A DNA stretch of 64,000 nt from contig JAGVHG010000073.1 of the NCBI GenBank assembly GCA_020056715.1, positions 4,754 to 68,753 on the forward strand, read 5' to 3'. Under the pieces are notes generated by a model. That model saw nothing but the letters and a program-made list of their open reading frames with translations, had not been told where the DNA came from and did no database searches. Numbering within the stretch: position 1 is the first letter of the stretch; each line of letters begins with the position of its first letter. The translations under genes were made by a program, and so were the position numbers. Source of the stretch: Phycisphaerae bacterium (GTDB taxonomy: Bacteria > Planctomycetota > Phycisphaerae > UBA1845). Shown here in pieces: positions 18,688-28,431 of the stretch.

Positions 18688-19071
18688 ATGGCTAGACGGC
18701 TCCTCATCTTGGCTGGCGTTCTCACTTGGCAGTTCTCGGCCATGCCCATCGGCGACGACATCCGTGGGAAGGCTTCAACTTCATCCTCGCAGTGCCGTTG
18801 CGGCTGCGGCGTGCAGTGCCGGTGCTGCTGCCAAAAGCCATCGAACCCGTCGCCCACGCCGTCGGGAGGGCAAAGCCTGTGCCGCTGTCCGATGCAGTCC
18901 ATTCCGACGCTGCAACGGATGATGACTGAACCCGAACGGGAGGTGCACGTCGCCGTTCTTGTTGACGAATCTCACACGCTGGGTGAACCCCCGACCGAGC
19001 TGGTCCGGGCAATCGCCCATGCCCCACCTTCTCAACTCACGCACTTAACCACGTGCGTTCTGTTGATCTAA
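18688..19071 (+). CDS. hypothetical small secreted Cys-rich protein at the head of the metal efflux island
   Basis: MARRLLILAGVLTWQFSA signal-like N-terminus followed by SQCRCGCGVQCRCCCQKP..SLCRCP. GC-rich third positions. Same strand as the efflux genes and directly upstream of them. No family recognised. Confidence 0.45.
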   Translation: MARRLLILAGVLTWQFSAMPIGDDIRGKASTSSSQCRCGCGVQCRCCCQKPSNPSPTPSGGQSLCRCPMQSIPTLQRMMTEPEREVHVAVLVDESHTLGEPPTELVRAIAHAPPSQLTHLTTCVLLI

Positions 19072-19308
19072 TTCTCTGAACCCATTAGCAATCTGACTTG
19101 TCCCCTGACTTGCGGGCGACCGTGCGTTGGGGATATGAAGATGCGTTGCGCCTGCGCGTAAATCCTCGGGGGTATAGGCTAGCCCATACGCAGGGTTCCT
19201 GATCGTCGTACGTCATCTGGCTGTGGAGATTGGAACGAGGCCGTCCGAAGTCCCGGCGAACGTGTAGTTCGGGATAAGGTGCGGCGAGATTACAAAGGAG
19301 ATTGTCTT

Positions 19309-19875
19309 ATGTTTGTGAAAGCGATGTTTATTTCGGTCGTATCCTTGGCGATGGCGCCCGTTGTCGCCCTGGCGCAGCACGGGGAGGAGAAGGGGAAACC
19401 CGCTGAGTTCAAGATGCCCACGACGTACAAGGCGGGCGTGGAGGAGATTGAACATCGACTCGATGTGATATCGAAGTTAATGGAGTCGAAACAACTGGCG
19501 AAGGTTCACGTCGAAGCCGACGTGATCCAGAAGGTCGCCAAGGAGATCGGACAATTGGCGCTCAAGGAAGGCTCCAGCGTTCCGAAGGAGGCGGTCAAGG
19601 ATATCGACCAGGCGGGGAAGGACCTCGCGGGCAAGTTCGACGCTATCGACAAGAGCGCCGACGCCGGAGACGCCGCAGGCACGAAGAAGATCTATGACGA
19701 GATGGTCAAGATCGCGGCAACGCTGGCGAAGTACACGCCAAAGACTTATCAGTGCCCGATGAAGTGCGAGCGCGAGAAGACCTATGACAAGCTCGGAAAA
19801 TGCCCCAAGTGCGGCATGGATCTTAAGGGCGTTAAGTCGCACGTCGACCATGAGGCCGAGCACGAGGGACATTAA
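19309..19875 (+). CDS. periplasmic helical protein with C-terminal heavy-metal-binding domain (YxCPM..CPxCGM)
   Basis: AAAGGAG lies 8 nt before ATG 19309. Signal peptide MFVKAMFISVVSLAMAPVVALA, a helical DUF3347-like body, C-terminal YQCPMKCEREKTYDKLGKCPKCGMDL, and a His-rich tail HVDHEAEHEGH. Confidence 0.75.
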   Translation: MFVKAMFISVVSLAMAPVVALAQHGEEKGKPAEFKMPTTYKAGVEEIEHRLDVISKLMESKQLAKVHVEADVIQKVAKEIGQLALKEGSSVPKEAVKDIDQAGKDLAGKFDAIDKSADAGDAAGTKKIYDEMVKIAATLAKYTPKTYQCPMKCEREKTYDKLGKCPKCGMDLKGVKSHVDHEAEHEGH

Positions 19876-20024
19876 CGATGACCGGTGCCTACGTCCGATG
19901 AGGGAAGACGGCTGACCTGCGGCCGCACGAGTAAGCCCCAGACCGGATTCGGTGTGGACTCGGATTGCGGGGACATGTTCGGTATGGGTTCGCGTTGGCG
20001 ACTGAATCCGGAACGGAGAATGTT

Positions 20025-21563
20025 ATGATGGCGCGCAAGATGAGTGGAAGATCGTGTGTCGTATTGCTGGCCGGCTTGACCTGTTCGTGCGCGCGGGTGG
20101 ACCACACGGCGGAGTTTCGTCAGGCAGCCGAACAGATGAAAACGGCGTCCGGCCTGGAAACACCGTGGGGAGACGGCGGCGAGCCGCAGGACTTGACGCT
20201 GGACGACGGCGACGTGCTCCCGCTGGATCGCGCCGTCGTGCTGACTCTACGCAACAACCGATCCCTTCGCGCGGATATGGAAATGATCGCGTCGGCCAAG
20301 GCGGATCTCGTACAGGCCGGACTCTTGTCGAATCCGATGCTTTCGGTGATGGCCCGACTTCCGGAGGGCGGCGGACGGGCGAGTCTCGATTTCGGTCTTT
20401 CGAAAGACATTGCGGACCTGTGGCTGATCCCCAGCCGCAAACGGGCCGCGCAGCGGATGCTCCAGCGCACGATTCTGTCGTTCACCGATTCGGCCGTCGC
20501 CCTGGTCAACGAAGTGAAGACGACTTACTACACGGTCGGCTATCAGACGACGGCGATCGAGTTGCAGAATCGGAACATCCGGGTCTTGCGGGAGACGGTG
20601 GAACTGGCTCAGGCGAGGTTCCGCGCCGGGGATACGAGCCAGCTCGACGTGAACCTGACGCGAAGCCGACTCATCGAGGCGCAGTTGGAGCTTCTGGCGC
20701 TTCAAACCGAATACGGGACCTCGCAGCGCACGCTGTTACGTATGATGGGCGTCGCCGCGTTTCCCGGCGAATGGAGGTTCCAGCCCATCGAGCCGCCGAG
20801 TCTCACCGTCGCGGAAGACGAATCCATTGTGGAAAACACGGCATTGGAGCGGCGACTGGATGTGCAGGCGGCGTGGTGGGAGGTCGAGTCCGCCGCGGCC
20901 GACGTAGAGCAGCAGCGCCTTCGTTTGTTCCCTTCTCTGGGACTGGGGATATCGGCGTCACGATTCGAACGTCGGGCGACGCCGGGACGCAAACTCTTGG
21001 CGGACACGGCCAGGGCCTCTGTGGCAAACGGAGCGCTGACGGCGCCGGAGATCCAGTCCCGCGCTGATCGCCGTCGCGAACGCAGCCGGGAAATCGACGC
21101 CATCCTCGGCCCGTCGATCGAGGTTCCGTTGCCGATCTTCGACCAGAACCAGGCCCAGGTCGCCAAAGCACAGGCGAAGGCACGCGAACTGAAGCAACGG
21201 TATGAAGAGGTGCAACAGCGCGTCGTCGAGGGCGTGCGTACCGCGCTGTACACCTATCGACTGGCCCAAGAGCGGGTCCGGATGTTCAAGGAATCCCTCC
21301 TTCCCCAGCAGGAGGCGAACCTGCGTTTCGCGGAGAAATCGTACCAGGCCGGTCAGGAAACCATTTTGACCGTACTGCTGGCGCAGGAAGCGCTCATCCG
21401 TTCGCAGCTCAGCGCCGCGGCGGCGGAGCGCGATCTTGCGGTCAGTTCGGCCAACCTCGAACGCCAGCTCGCCGGCCAAATCCCGGACTTTTTGCTTCAA
21501 TCTGCCGAAACTGCGTCGCCGTCCGCACCGCCGGAGGGCGTAGAAAAGAAGAACGATAACTGA
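20025..21563 (+). CDS. TolC-family outer membrane efflux protein (CusC/CzcC-like)
   Basis: Two OEP-type repeats (..LTLRNNRSLRA.., ..AQARFRAGDTSQLDV.., ..AEKSYQAGQETILTVLLAQEAL..). GGAG lies upstream of ATG 20025. Sits immediately upstream of the adaptor and pump genes. Confidence 0.85.
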   Translation: MMARKMSGRSCVVLLAGLTCSCARVDHTAEFRQAAEQMKTASGLETPWGDGGEPQDLTLDDGDVLPLDRAVVLTLRNNRSLRADMEMIASAKADLVQAGLLSNPMLSVMARLPEGGGRASLDFGLSKDIADLWLIPSRKRAAQRMLQRTILSFTDSAVALVNEVKTTYYTVGYQTTAIELQNRNIRVLRETVELAQARFRAGDTSQLDVNLTRSRLIEAQLELLALQTEYGTSQRTLLRMMGVAAFPGEWRFQPIEPPSLTVAEDESIVENTALERRLDVQAAWWEVESAAADVEQQRLRLFPSLGLGISASRFERRATPGRKLLADTARASVANGALTAPEIQSRADRRRERSREIDAILGPSIEVPLPIFDQNQAQVAKAQAKARELKQRYEEVQQRVVEGVRTALYTYRLAQERVRMFKESLLPQQEANLRFAEKSYQAGQETILTVLLAQEALIRSQLSAAAAERDLAVSSANLERQLAGQIPDFLLQSAETASPSAPPEGVEKKNDN

Positions 21564-21586
21564 CCCGACTTTTCAGGATCGCTGCC

Positions 21587-23560
21587 ATGCCATCACCATC
21601 GAGTAACTCAGTCGGAGAGCAGAGGACATCCGTCCTCGGCCGTTTGTGGACGTTCGTTCGGATTATGAACGTCCGACTTCGATTCATCTTCCTGATGCTC
21701 CTAGTCGGCCTGCTCGTCGGCTACTGGGAAAACATCATGAACTACTACGACCGATGGACGAGACCGGAAACCGTTGTTGCGACTGTCCAGGCCGAAGAGA
21801 TCGAATACTACTGCCCGATGCACCCCAACATCATCCGCGCAGAACCCGGAAGCTGTCCGATTTGCGGGATGCCGCTGTCGAAGCGGTCCAAGACGGCCGC
21901 GGCGCAGTTGCCGGAGGGTGTTCTCGCCCGCCAGCAACTTACCCCTTACAAGGTAGCGCTCGGGGGTATCGCAACATCGCCCGTCGAGTATCGCCTGCTG
22001 GCGCGGGAAATCCGCACCGTCGGCATTGTGGATTACGATGATACCCGTCGCGCCTTCATCGCCGCTCGCATCAAGGGGCGCATCGACAAGCTGTTCGTGA
22101 ATTATGAAGGACAACACGTCGAGAAAGGCGACCCTTTGGCTTGGATCTACAGTCCGGACCTGCTCACGACGCAGGAAGGTCTACTGGTTGAATACCGCCG
22201 CCTTCAGCAGATGCGGGCCGGCAACAGCCCCGACCTCGCCGCCCAGGAATCGCTGGTCGAGGACGCAAAAAAAAGACTGACCCTCTGGGGCACGACAGAA
22301 CAGCAGGTCGACGAAATCCTCACCCGCGGCACGTCACAGACTCACCTTGTCATCTACTCACCGATGACCGGCATTGTGACGGAGAAGAACGTGCTGGAGG
22401 GTCATTATGTGGAGGAGGGCGGAGACCTTTATACGATCGCGGATCTCAGTCGAGTTTGGATGCAAGCGAAAATCTTTGAAGACGAAATGGCCGGCGTCGA
22501 TATCGGCAGCGCGGTGGAAATCAGGAGTACGGCTTACCCCAATGAAATCTTCGCCGGGCGGATCGCGTTCGTCGCCTACAGGGTGGACCCCGCGACCCGA
22601 ACCGTGGCGGCCCGGGTGGAAGTCGATAACCCGGATTACAAACTGAAACCGGGCATGTACGCCCAGGCCTACATTCGACTGCCGATCGGCAAAGTGACCG
22701 TACTAACGGAGGAGGAGGCGAAGGCCGCCTTAGCGCCAGAAGCTGCGAAACCTTCCGCCACGCCGACGGAAATCCTGACGGCCGCGTACCTCGATCTCAC
22801 CGCCGCGTTCTTTAACGACAAGACGGACGAGGCGGCCCTCGCCAAGCTGCGTTCCGAGGCCGAAACCCTCAAAAAGCGTCTCACCGGCGAAGCCGCTGCA
22901 CACTCCAACGCCATTTTCGAAAGCGCCGTCGCCATGACCGGCAAGCCCCTCGCCGAGCAGCGCAAACAGCTTAAGTCCCTCAGCGCTCACGCCATCGAGC
23001 TGCTGAAGAAGAACTCCCCCGCCCAGGTCACCCTGTACGTCGTACACTGCCCGATGGTCCCGGCTGATTGGCTCCAATCGAAGAAGGGAATCAACAATCC
23101 CTATTACGGATCGGAGATGGCCTACTGCGGTGAAGTGACCGGTTCCATTGAGCACGCCGCCGGCGGACAAAGCCCGCGGTTCGTGGTGGGTTACTACTGC
23201 CCGGTTTTTCCCGATCGGCTTTTCGAAAAGCCGGAAACCTGTCCGCTGGACAAGTTTCCGTTGAAACCGGCCAGGGTGGAGAGGGTTCTTGCCGTTCCCG
23301 CATCCGCGATCGTGAACACGGGCAAACGGAGAGTCGTCTACCGCGAAAGTGAGCCCGGCACGTTCGACATGCTGGAGATCCAAGCGGGCAACCGGGCGGG
23401 CGAATTCTATCCCGTGGTTTCGGGTTTGAAGGAAGGCGATCGCGTGGCGACGGCCGGGGCCTTTCTCGTCGATGCCGAAAACCGATTGAACCCGGCCACC
23501 AGTGCCCAGTACTTCGGCGCCAGCGGCGGACCGCAAAGCGGTCAGCAGGACAAACATTAG
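21587..23560 (+). CDS. efflux RND periplasmic adaptor (CusB-like) with N-terminal HMBD and an internal DUF3347-like insert
   Basis: TM anchor, then YYCPMHPNIIRAEPGSCPICGMPL, then barrel-sandwich/lipoyl motifs (ARIKGRIDKLFVNYEGQHVEKGDPL, IYSPMTGIVTEKNV). The internal segment ..YVVHCPMVPADWLQSKKGINNPYYGSEMAYCGE resembles DUF3347. Confidence 0.9.
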   Translation: MPSPSSNSVGEQRTSVLGRLWTFVRIMNVRLRFIFLMLLVGLLVGYWENIMNYYDRWTRPETVVATVQAEEIEYYCPMHPNIIRAEPGSCPICGMPLSKRSKTAAAQLPEGVLARQQLTPYKVALGGIATSPVEYRLLAREIRTVGIVDYDDTRRAFIAARIKGRIDKLFVNYEGQHVEKGDPLAWIYSPDLLTTQEGLLVEYRRLQQMRAGNSPDLAAQESLVEDAKKRLTLWGTTEQQVDEILTRGTSQTHLVIYSPMTGIVTEKNVLEGHYVEEGGDLYTIADLSRVWMQAKIFEDEMAGVDIGSAVEIRSTAYPNEIFAGRIAFVAYRVDPATRTVAARVEVDNPDYKLKPGMYAQAYIRLPIGKVTVLTEEEAKAALAPEAAKPSATPTEILTAAYLDLTAAFFNDKTDEAALAKLRSEAETLKKRLTGEAAAHSNAIFESAVAMTGKPLAEQRKQLKSLSAHAIELLKKNSPAQVTLYVVHCPMVPADWLQSKKGINNPYYGSEMAYCGEVTGSIEHAAGGQSPRFVVGYYCPVFPDRLFEKPETCPLDKFPLKPARVERVLAVPASAIVNTGKRRVVYRESEPGTFDMLEIQAGNRAGEFYPVVSGLKEGDRVATAGAFLVDAENRLNPATSAQYFGASGGPQSGQQDKH

Positions 23561-23587
23561 TCGGCGCCACTAGCCGCGAGGGCAAAC

Positions 23588-26500
23588 ATGATCCCAAAGA
23601 TCATCGAATACTGCGTCCGCAACCGCTTTATCGTGCTCATGATCATGGCCGGTGTGGCCGTGTGGGGCGTCTATTGCGTGCTCAAGACACCGATCGACGC
23701 CATTCCCGACCTTTCCGAAAACCAGGTCATTGTCTTCACCGACTGGATGGGGCGCTCCCCGCAGGAGATTGATGACCAGATCACCTACCCCTTGTCCGTG
23801 AACCTCCAGGGCCTCGCCGGCGTGAAGGCGATCCGGTCATCGAGCGAATTCAACTTCTCGATGATCAATATCATCTTCGACGACAAGACCGACTTCTACT
23901 TTGCGCGTACGAGGGTGCTGGAGCGTTTGAACGTCGCCAGTACGTTTCTGCCGCCCGGCGTCGTACCGTATCTGGCACCCGACGCGACCGCTCTTGGCCA
24001 GGTCTTTTGGTACACCGTCGAAGGCGACGGTTACAGCGTCGATGAGCTCCGTGCAGTTCAGGATTGGTATGTTCGTTATCAGCTCTATGTAACCGGCGTG
24101 GCCCAGGTGGCCAGCGTGGGCGGCTTCGTTCGTGAGTATCAGATCGACGTCGATCCTGACAAGCTTCGTGCCTTCGACCTCTCGCTCGGATCGGTATTTA
24201 ACGCGGTTGCCGGCAGCAATATTTCTGTCGGGGGCAAGGTCTACTTCGAAGCCAACGCCGAATTCCTCATACGCGGGGTCGGATGGGTTCGCGGAGTACG
24301 CGACCTGGAAAACGTAGTGGTGGCCGAACGCAATGGCGTCCCCATTTACGTTCGGAACCTGGCCGCCGTGCAGCTTGGTCCCGAGTATCGCCGCAGCATG
24401 TTGGAGAAGAACAACCAGGAGGCCGTGGGCGGCGTGGTGATGATGCGCTTTGGCGAGAACCCACTCGCCGTGACCAAATCCATCAAGGAACGCATCGAGC
24501 AGCTTCAACCCGGTCTGCCCCCCGGCGTTCGGATCGTTCCCTTCTACGACCGTACGCGTCTAATCGAGGGCGCCATCCACACGCTCGTCAGCACGCTCAA
24601 GGAAGAATTGATTGTCGCCAGCATTGCGATTCTGCTGATTCTGGCTCACTTCCGCAGCGCGATCGTCGTGTGCAGCACTTTGCCGATGGCGGTGCTCGTG
24701 GCGTTCATTTTCATGTACTACGTGGGCGTGCCCAGCAACATCATGTCCCTGTCCGGCATCGCCATTTCCATTGGGCTGTTCGTCGATGCCGCCGTGGTCA
24801 TGGTCGAGAATACGATCCACGAGCTGACCAAAGAACATGGATCGGCCCGGATTAAAGGCGACACCACGGAAGCGGTGGTCCGTGCCTGCCGGTTGGTCGG
24901 CGCCCCGATCTTTTTCGCCATGTTGATCATGCTGGTCTCCTTCATTCCCGTCTTCGCACTGGGCGGCACGGAAGGAAAGATGTTCCACCCGCTCGCCTTC
25001 ACCAAGACCTTCGCGATGATCGGGGTGGCCATCATGGCCGTGACGTTCGTGCCGGCGATGATTCCGATCTTCGTCCGGGGCCGCCTCCAGCGCGAAGAGG
25101 ACAACTGGTTCGTCCGCACGTTTATCAACATTTACAAGCCGGTCCTGACCTGGCTTATGCACGTGCCCGCAGCGGGCATCTGGTTCATGGGCTTTTTGTT
25201 CATCGTTGGGACCGGGTTCATTGGGAGCCGTCCGCTCTTTCTGGGCATGCTCGCGCTTTCGTTGTTTTTCGGCAGCGTGTTCTTTCGACGGGCGTGGAGT
25301 AAGGGGCTGGCATTCGTTCTGTTGTTCACGACCGCGGTGTGGGCGTGGGGATTCCCGAAGCTGGGACGCGAGTTCATGCCCCCCCTGGACGAGGGGAGCG
25401 TTCTCGACATGCCCGTGACCGTCCCGCGAGTCTCGATCACTCAGGCGGCCGACGACATCCGCGTACGCGATGAGGTCATGCGCGGCTTCCCGGAAGTGGA
25501 TCAGGTCGTCGGCAAGGTGGGCCGCGCCGACACGCCTACCGACCCGTCCGGGATCGACATGGTTGAAACGGTGGTGAGCCTGCGCCCCAAAGAATGGTGG
25601 ACGAAGCGGAAGGTCCAGTTCAACGACGCCCTGGACGAGGCCAAGAAGCTGCTGACCGCCATGCAAGAGTCCGGTTTCGTGCGGAGCGATTTGAAGCCGG
25701 ACGAGGCCGACGCATTGGCCAACAACGCTTCGATGGACGCCATGACCCAGTTCGACCGAAGGATGCGAGGCTTCGCTTCCCGCCGGCAAACGGAGTTCGG
25801 GCCCGTCGTAGCAAAGAAACTTGTTGTCGCGGCGGTCAACGACCTGGTGGAGCTATTCCGTCGTAAGGGCGAGCTGAAGACCGAGCCGACGGCGGCCCAG
25901 GTTGATCAACTGGCTGAGCCGCTAGTGAAAAAACACGGGCTATTACTGGTCGAAGTCCCGCGTCGGGAAGAACTCACGAAACTAATGGAGGCCGCCACGG
26001 ACAGCCTCGCGGCCCTGGGTGCCGTCGAAAGAAAACCCGAGCTGTTGCTCCTGCCCGCAAGTCCCTGGACCGAACTGCGGGATGCCGTGGCTACCGCACT
26101 TGGCTCCGAAAAGGCGACGCTCGCGGGCCGAATGTTCGAGGATTTAGAGCAACGGTTAAACGTCGAATGGGTTCAGCGCATCAGGGTGCTTAATTGGGAG
26201 CTTGAGGACCAGGCGGGCGGGGCGATGGTGTGGGCGTTATTGGAAGCGCTTCGCCATCACGCTGACATCGGCGGTCTCCTCGCCAACAAGCCGCAGGACG
26301 CGGAGCTGCAGAAGCTTCGCGAGGCCAACGAAGAGGACTTCCACCAGCGAACGTTCTTGTGGCGTAAACTGAAAAGTGACCTAGTCGAGGAGATGGACAG
26401 CGAACTGCAGATGCCCGGCTGGGGCAACATCTGGACGCAGCCGATCATCAACCGCGTGGATATGCTCGCCACCGGCGTGCGCACTATGATCGGCGTCAAG

Positions 26501-27769
26501 GTCTTTGGTCCCCGCCAGGAGGACCTCACCGAAGAGACAAACGAAAACGGAATCCAGAAGGTCGTCCTCAAGGAGCCGGGCATTCAAGGCATCTCCAACC
26601 AAGTGGCCGGCGTGCTTCGGGGAATCCGCGGAGCCGTGGACGTTTTCCCAGATCAGGTGGTCGGCCGCAGCTACCTGCAGATCGACATCGACCGCGAGAA
26701 AGCCGCCCGCTACGGCGTGAACGTTTCGGAGATTGAAGAAGCCATCGAAGTAGCGATGGGCGGGAAAACGATCACGACCACCGTTGAGGGGCGACGCCGG
26801 TTCCCCGTTCGTGTCCGCTACGCACGCGACTTCTGGCAGACCGAGGACGCCCTTCGCCGGGTGCTGGTTACCGGCAGGCGAGGGGCGAGCGCCGAAAGAA
26901 CCGCAACCGGGAGCACGACGTCGAGCGCTTCGATGGGTAGTGATAACTCCGCCGCAATGGCCGGCGGCGAGGTCATCCAGATACCCATCAACGAAGTGGC
27001 CGACATCAAGGTCGTCGAAGGCCCCAGCGTCATCAAGAGTGAAAACGGCATGTTGCGCGCGTACGTCCAACTGAACGTACGCGAACGAGACATCGTCGGG
27101 TTCGTCGAAGAGGCCCAGCGCGCCGTCGCGGAACAGGTCAAACTTCCCACCGGTTTCTTCATCGAATGGAGCGGACAGTTCGAACATCAGGTCCGGGCAA
27201 AGAAAACGCTCCAGATCATCTTTCCGATGGTCGTGCTGCTGATGTTCGTCATCCTCTACATGACCTTCAACGACGTCCGCGACGCGCTGTTGATTATGCT
27301 CTCCGTGCCCGGGGCCCTGATCGGCGGCGTCATCTTCCAGAGCTTGTTCGGCTTTAACTTCAGTGTGGCCGTCTGGGTCGGTTACATCGCATGTTTCGGG
27401 GAGGCCACGCAGACCGGAATCGTCATGCTGGTGTACCTGCACGACGCGATCAACTCCCGCGGCGGGCTAAGTAAAATCGGCTCCGAGGCCGAGCTGTCGG
27501 CGACGATTGTCAGTGGCGCAGTGCACCGCCTGCGACCCAAGCTTATGACGGAAGGCTGCGCCATCATCGGTCTGATGCCGATGCTCTGGGCCACCGGTAT
27601 CGGATCCGAAGTTATGAGGCCGATGGCCGCGCCGGTGCTCGGCGGAATGCTGGTGGCGGACGAGGTCATCGACCTGCTTTTGCCGGTCATCTTCAATTGG
27701 TATCAGTGCCGCCGTTGGCGGCGCCAGCACGGCAAAGATATCGGCGCCTCTGATGGAGCTAAACAGTGA
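23588..27769 (+). CDS. CusA/CzcA-family heavy-metal efflux RND permease, unusually long (1393 aa)
   Basis: MIPKIIEYCVRNRFIVLMI.., AIPDLSENQVIVFTDW, and 12-TM RND topology collinear with CusA/CzcA. The exception is a roughly 260-aa helical insertion (25613-26398) and a short Ser/Thr/Ala-rich insertion near aa 1090. Confidence 0.95.
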   Translation: MIPKIIEYCVRNRFIVLMIMAGVAVWGVYCVLKTPIDAIPDLSENQVIVFTDWMGRSPQEIDDQITYPLSVNLQGLAGVKAIRSSSEFNFSMINIIFDDKTDFYFARTRVLERLNVASTFLPPGVVPYLAPDATALGQVFWYTVEGDGYSVDELRAVQDWYVRYQLYVTGVAQVASVGGFVREYQIDVDPDKLRAFDLSLGSVFNAVAGSNISVGGKVYFEANAEFLIRGVGWVRGVRDLENVVVAERNGVPIYVRNLAAVQLGPEYRRSMLEKNNQEAVGGVVMMRFGENPLAVTKSIKERIEQLQPGLPPGVRIVPFYDRTRLIEGAIHTLVSTLKEELIVASIAILLILAHFRSAIVVCSTLPMAVLVAFIFMYYVGVPSNIMSLSGIAISIGLFVDAAVVMVENTIHELTKEHGSARIKGDTTEAVVRACRLVGAPIFFAMLIMLVSFIPVFALGGTEGKMFHPLAFTKTFAMIGVAIMAVTFVPAMIPIFVRGRLQREEDNWFVRTFINIYKPVLTWLMHVPAAGIWFMGFLFIVGTGFIGSRPLFLGMLALSLFFGSVFFRRAWSKGLAFVLLFTTAVWAWGFPKLGREFMPPLDEGSVLDMPVTVPRVSITQAADDIRVRDEVMRGFPEVDQVVGKVGRADTPTDPSGIDMVETVVSLRPKEWWTKRKVQFNDALDEAKKLLTAMQESGFVRSDLKPDEADALANNASMDAMTQFDRRMRGFASRRQTEFGPVVAKKLVVAAVNDLVELFRRKGELKTEPTAAQVDQLAEPLVKKHGLLLVEVPRREELTKLMEAATDSLAALGAVERKPELLLLPASPWTELRDAVATALGSEKATLAGRMFEDLEQRLNVEWVQRIRVLNWELEDQAGGAMVWALLEALRHHADIGGLLANKPQDAELQKLREANEEDFHQRTFLWRKLKSDLVEEMDSELQMPGWGNIWTQPIINRVDMLATGVRTMIGVKVFGPRQEDLTEETNENGIQKVVLKEPGIQGISNQVAGVLRGIRGAVDVFPDQVVGRSYLQIDIDREKAARYGVNVSEIEEAIEVAMGGKTITTTVEGRRRFPVRVRYARDFWQTEDALRRVLVTGRRGASAERTATGSTTSSASMGSDNSAAMAGGEVIQIPINEVADIKVVEGPSVIKSENGMLRAYVQLNVRERDIVGFVEEAQRAVAEQVKLPTGFFIEWSGQFEHQVRAKKTLQIIFPMVVLLMFVILYMTFNDVRDALLIMLSVPGALIGGVIFQSLFGFNFSVAVWVGYIACFGEATQTGIVMLVYLHDAINSRGGLSKIGSEAELSATIVSGAVHRLRPKLMTEGCAIIGLMPMLWATGIGSEVMRPMAAPVLGGMLVADEVIDLLLPVIFNWYQCRRWRRQHGKDIGASDGAKQ

Positions 27770-27840
27770 ACGATCGGACGGGCCGCGTTGGCTGTCTGTT
27801 GAGTAGGTTTCGAGTTGCAGTTACAAAAAGGAGATCGATC

Positions 27841-28182
27841 ATGCGACTGATTGCGATAGTGGGTTTAGTTCTTTGCGTAGCCTCACTGGCAGGCTGCGCT
27901 AACGAACACGCCAGCAGGGGCTGTGGCGGTTGCGGCTATGACCGGACGGGGAGCTACCGTCAGTCCACCTACGAGTCCGAGCGGTATGAACGTACGCCGG
28001 GGTTTGACGATCGCGGCCAAGACTATCGGTCCACGGGCGAGGTCGACCGAAACCGTCCCGACGTTCGTAGGAGTGACGCCCCGGCTGTGATCTATACGTG
28101 CCCCATGCACCCGGAAGTCGTTCAGGCGTCACCCGGTCGGTGCCCGAAATGCGGGATGGAATTGGTACGCGGGCGACATTAG
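27841..28182 (+). CDS. lipoprotein with heavy-metal-binding domain (HMBD)
   Basis: AAAGGAG precedes ATG 27841. MRLIAIVGLVLCVASLAGC has the lipobox LAGC. C-terminal YTCPMHPEVVQASPGRCPKCGMEL. Confidence 0.75.
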   Translation: MRLIAIVGLVLCVASLAGCANEHASRGCGGCGYDRTGSYRQSTYESERYERTPGFDDRGQDYRSTGEVDRNRPDVRRSDAPAVIYTCPMHPEVVQASPGRCPKCGMELVRGRH

Positions 28183-28193
28183 CGCGCCGGCTG

Positions 28194-28337
28194 GCCGCGC
28201 CGTCGATCGGTGGGCTGACGATCGAACTGCTTTCGCTTTTTGTCTTGCCGGTGTCGTATTGCATGCTGAAAGAGTGGCTCTGGCGGGCTGGCGTCCGAAA
28301 AGGCCGCTTCGTGGTCGAAGCGCCGTCGCCGCTATAA
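28194..28337 (+). pseudogene. relic of the C-terminus of a second RND heavy-metal pump
   Basis: The frame of ORF 28098..28337 encodes ..AAPSIGGLTIELLSLFVLPVSYCMLKEW... This aligns with the C-terminus of the intact pump upstream (MAAPVLGGMLVADEVIDLLLPVIFNWYQ). No upstream pump body is present, and the fragment overlaps the lipoprotein gene end in another frame. Confidence 0.45.
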
Positions 28338-28431
28338 TGTGGTAACGGGTTAATCATGCACGACTTTCGAGTATCACGAGCCGGTGCGGTGCCGGGCTTG
28401 TTACGTGTTGGGAATCAACCGAAGGAGTCGA

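Noticed and set aside
20054-21067. 337-aa alternative-frame ORF within the TolC-like gene
   Set aside because: The Arg/Gly-rich translation is an out-of-frame artefact. The 20025..21563 frame carries the OEP motifs.
24560-25789. 409-aa minus-strand ORF inside the RND pump gene (and similar ones at 26381-27442 and 22730-23557)
   Set aside because: These are antisense shadow ORFs typical of high-GC genes. They are Arg/Gly/His/Asp-rich low-complexity translations with no motifs, and they are fully covered by strongly supported plus-strand genes.
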